From an uncultured Bacillota bacterium (GTDB lineage: Bacteria > Sysuimicrobiota > Sysuimicrobiia > Sysuimicrobiales > Segetimicrobiaceae): a stretch of 64,000 nt of DNA. Shown in pieces: positions 61,204 to 64,000 of this stretch. A program made the position numbers and the translations under genes. The stretch is taken from assembly GCA_963804645.1 (NCBI GenBank), contig CAWDRG010000018.1:32001-96000 (forward strand), read 5' to 3'. Position 1 is the first letter of the stretch. Each line of letters begins with the position of its first letter. Below the pieces are notes generated by a model, which made no database searches, was not told where the DNA came from, and was given only the letters and a program-made list of their open reading frames with translations.

Positions 61204-62537
61204 CGGACGGCGGCGGCACGGACGTGCGCGCGATGACGTCTGACGCGCTGTACGCTGAGGCGTGCGGGCTCATGCCCGCCGGCGTGAACAGCCCGGTGCG
61301 GGCGTACGGGGCCGTCGGCGGCACGCCGCTGTTTGTGGCCCGGGGCGCCGGCTCCCGGGTCTGGGACGTCGACGGCCACGAGTACGTCGACTACGTGGGG
61401 TCATGGGGGCCGCTGATCGTCGGCCACGCGCATCCGTCGGTGGTGCGGGGCGTGATCGAGACAGCCTCGCTCGGCAGCAGCTTCGGCGCGCCGACCCCCC
61501 TCGAGGTGGCGCTGGCGCGCGTGGTGATCGAGGCCGTGCCGTCGATGGAGCTGCTCCGCATGGTGAGCTCCGGCACCGAGGCCACGATGAGCGCGCTCAG
61601 GCTCTCGCGCGCCGCGACGGGCCGGCGGTTCGTCGTCAAGTTCGACGGGTGCTATCACGGTCACGTCGACTCGCTGCTGGCGCGGGCCGGCTCCGGGGTG
61701 CTGACGTTCGCGCGCGCCGCCGTCGACGCCGGGGCGCCGCCCGACAGCGTGCCCAGCAGCGCCGGCGTGCCAGCGGAGGTGGCGGCGCTGACGCTTGTGG
61801 TGCCGTTCAACGACCCGGCGGCGCTGCGCGCGCTGTTTGCGGCGCGGGGGCCGGAGATCGCGTCGGTGATCGTCGAACCGATTCCCGGGAACATGGGCGT
61901 CGTGCCCCCGCGCGAGGGATTCCTGGAGCTGCTGCGCGATCTGTGCCGGGAGGCTGGCGCGCTCCTGATCTTCGACGAGGTGATCACCGGATTCCGGGTG
62001 GCGCGCGGGGGCGCGCAGGCGCGCTACGGCGTGCGTCCGGACCTGACGTGTTTGGGCAAAGTGATCGGGGGCGGCTTCCCGGTCGGCGCCTACGGCGGGC
62101 GCGCGGACGTGATGCGCCAGATCGCGCCGCTCGGGCCGGTCTACCAGGCCGGGACGCTGTCCGGCAACCCGGTCGCGATGCGCGCCGGCCTCGAGACCCT
62201 GCGGCTGCTCGACGCGGACGCGTACCGGCGTCTCGACGAGCTGGGGGCCGCGCTCGCGGACGGGCTCGCGTCCGCCGCGCGCCGCGCCCGGACTCCGCTC
62301 GTCGTGAACCGCGTCGGGTCGATGCTGACGCCGTTCTTGACGGACGCGCCCGTGACCGACGCGGTGTCGGCACAGCGCGCGGATGTCGGCCGGTACGCGC
62401 GCTTTTTTCACGGACTGCGCGACCGCGGCGTCATGGTGCCGCCCTCGCAGTTCGAGGCGTGGTTTCTGTCGCTGGCCCATTCGCACGACGACGTCCGGCA
62501 GACCGTCGACGCGGCCGCCCTCGCCTTTTCGGCGTGA
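61200..62537 (+). CDS. hemL: Glutamate-1-semialdehyde 2,1-aminomutase
   Basis: GVNSPVRA, SGTEATMSA, FDEVITGFR, GKVIGGG, YQAGTLSGNP. Confidence 0.95.
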   Translation: MTDGGGTDVRAMTSDALYAEACGLMPAGVNSPVRAYGAVGGTPLFVARGAGSRVWDVDGHEYVDYVGSWGPLIVGHAHPSVVRGVIETASLGSSFGAPTPLEVALARVVIEAVPSMELLRMVSSGTEATMSALRLSRAATGRRFVVKFDGCYHGHVDSLLARAGSGVLTFARAAVDAGAPPDSVPSSAGVPAEVAALTLVVPFNDPAALRALFAARGPEIASVIVEPIPGNMGVVPPREGFLELLRDLCREAGALLIFDEVITGFRVARGGAQARYGVRPDLTCLGKVIGGGFPVGAYGGRADVMRQIAPLGPVYQAGTLSGNPVAMRAGLETLRLLDADAYRRLDELGAALADGLASAARRARTPLVVNRVGSMLTPFLTDAPVTDAVSAQRADVGRYARFFHGLRDRGVMVPPSQFEAWFLSLAHSHDDVRQTVDAAALAFSA

Positions 62538-62916
62538 GCCCGCGCGTTGGAACGAACGTCCACGCGTTCGCCCTGGCGATTCACGCGCGCGGTCTCGGCG
62601 TCATCGGTGCTTCGACGGTGTCCGTCGCCCCGACGCGTCCGCGTATTGCGATCCTCTACTGCCTCACGGAGCACACGTCGGGCGGTAAGGGGCCGAGAAG
62701 GGGGCAGTGTCCGAGAAATCGAACGAAGTACGTCCGTGCCTAGCGGGAACGGTCGCGGGCGGATCACACGGGCTTTCGCGGGTGGGTGCTGGACGCGGGC
62801 CAGCCCGAAGGCCGGATCAGAGCCTCTCGTAGGCGAAACTCGGAAACGCAAAACGGAGAATCCCGTCAACATCTGATGACGATGGGACGGGCTCAACGCT
62901 TCGGGAGGCGGATGCA

Positions 62917-63438
62917 ATGAACCGGACACGCGTTGCTCTCGTTGCGGCCACGCTGGGAGTACTCGGTCTCATCGGTGGCTTTTGGACGGTCAGCACCACC
63001 GCCTCGGAACCGGACAAACTGATTGTTCCGGGCAAGCAGCTTGGGGTGGTGCGGATCGGGGAAACGCCCGAAGAGGTCGGCCGCTTGTTGGGGGCGCCCC
63101 TGCACAAGGGCAGCGCAGCGGCGGCGGGCACGACGGATTATGTGTACAATCATGCCGACGCGTGCAGCATCGACGATGTCGAGTTCACCGCGCCCCCGGG
63201 AGTCCAGGTGCTCGCCGTCTCGACGGTGAGCCCCGCCTGCATGACCGCGAAAAGCATCCGCGTCGGAAGTTCGGGGCTGCAAGTGATCAATGCCTACGCG
63301 AAGGGTGGCCCGGGATATGTGGAGACGCGTCTCCCAGACGGGTCCGTCAGGGTATGGTACAAGAATCTCGGGATCGTCTTCGTGATTTCCCCGCGAGACA
63401 CCGTCATCAAGCTCCAGGTGAGAAAGTCGGGATACTGA
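62917..63438 (+). CDS. Secreted hypothetical protein
   Basis: Signal peptide; IVPGKQLGVVRIG..LG.P; GGAGG RBS. Confidence 0.7.
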   Translation: MNRTRVALVAATLGVLGLIGGFWTVSTTASEPDKLIVPGKQLGVVRIGETPEEVGRLLGAPLHKGSAAAAGTTDYVYNHADACSIDDVEFTAPPGVQVLAVSTVSPACMTAKSIRVGSSGLQVINAYAKGGPGYVETRLPDGSVRVWYKNLGIVFVISPRDTVIKLQVRKSGY

Positions 63439-63703
63439 CGAGGGAGGAATTCGCCCGTCGTATGATCGGCTGAGTCCTTCCCGAAGAAGAAGCCGCGTGC
63501 GTCTTCGCTGCATGCGGTTCCGACCGGCACTGTGTTTCGATCGACCGGACACATTCGGCCTTCAGAAGCACACCCGCAGGGCACCCGCGGACGGGTGAGT
63601 CGGCATGGTCTCGACGCGGGGTCGGACGGCCCGGGACGGGTGCCATCCGGCGGGCATAGCCGGCGCTGCCCGGTCGTTCTCCCCCTCGATGAACGAGATG
63701 CCG

Positions 63704-64000
63704 ATGCGCGCGCTGGTCATTATGCCGATGTACAACGAAGCGCCCACCCTCGCGCGGGTCCTCGACGAGGTGCGGCGGCACACGGACGCCGAGATCCTCG
63801 TCGTGAACGACGGGTCGACCGACGGGTCGGGGGAGATCTTGGCGCGGTATCTGCCCGCGATCGACGTCCTCACCCACGCGCAGAACGAAGGGTACGGGCA
63901 GTCCCTCATCGACGGCTTTCAGTTTGCCGTCTCGCGCGGATTTGAGGCCGCCGTCACGATCGACTGCGACCTGCAGCACGAACCTCGGATGATCCCGCAG
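63704..64000 (+). CDS. Glycosyltransferase family 2, partial (runs off the window)
   Basis: VIMPMYNEA, VVNDGSTDGS, NEGYG, DCDLQH. Confidence 0.88.
   Translation, partial: MRALVIMPMYNEAPTLARVLDEVRRHTDAEILVVNDGSTDGSGEILARYLPAIDVLTHAQNEGYGQSLIDGFQFAVSRGFEAAVTIDCDLQHEPRMIPQ

Overview
High-GC bacterial chromosomal window, probably from a Terrabacteria lineage. This is inferred from GAAC-N4-GTTC SOS boxes and the Firmicutes-like gene order ruvB-DUF2905-spoIID-queA-tgt-yajC. From left to right: (1) the edge of a tRNA-Ile-associated island, with a secreted repeat protein and two orphan tRNA 3' halves; (2) a sugar ABC/RraA-RraA/RpiB catabolic cluster and MarC; (3) an SOS-boxed imuA-imuB-dnaE2 cassette whose DnaE2 carries a 144-aa mini-intein; (4) arsB, then a vapBC module bracketed by two diverged copies of the 3' end of an unusual HlyD-M23 fusion gene; (5) a Liv-type ABC transporter divergent from hpaBCD; (6) fasciclin, Ku, Ldh_2 and PBP1A; (7) yebC-dinB-ruvCAB-spoIID, queA, tgt and yajC with inserted genes, including an orphan pilin; (8) a Zn-ribbon/histone-tail protein followed by a second copy of its own tail; (9) a heavily frameshifted GntR-dpp-CocE-CoA ligase-hydratase block at 47.7-56.3 kb; (10) an HTH gene heading hemACDBL. 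Single-base indels in conserved genes (ruvC, queA, probably the ruvB start) and an error gradient across 47.7-56 kb suggest uncorrected long-read consensus, so frameshifts should be read cautiously. All family assignments come from motif recognition, not database searches.
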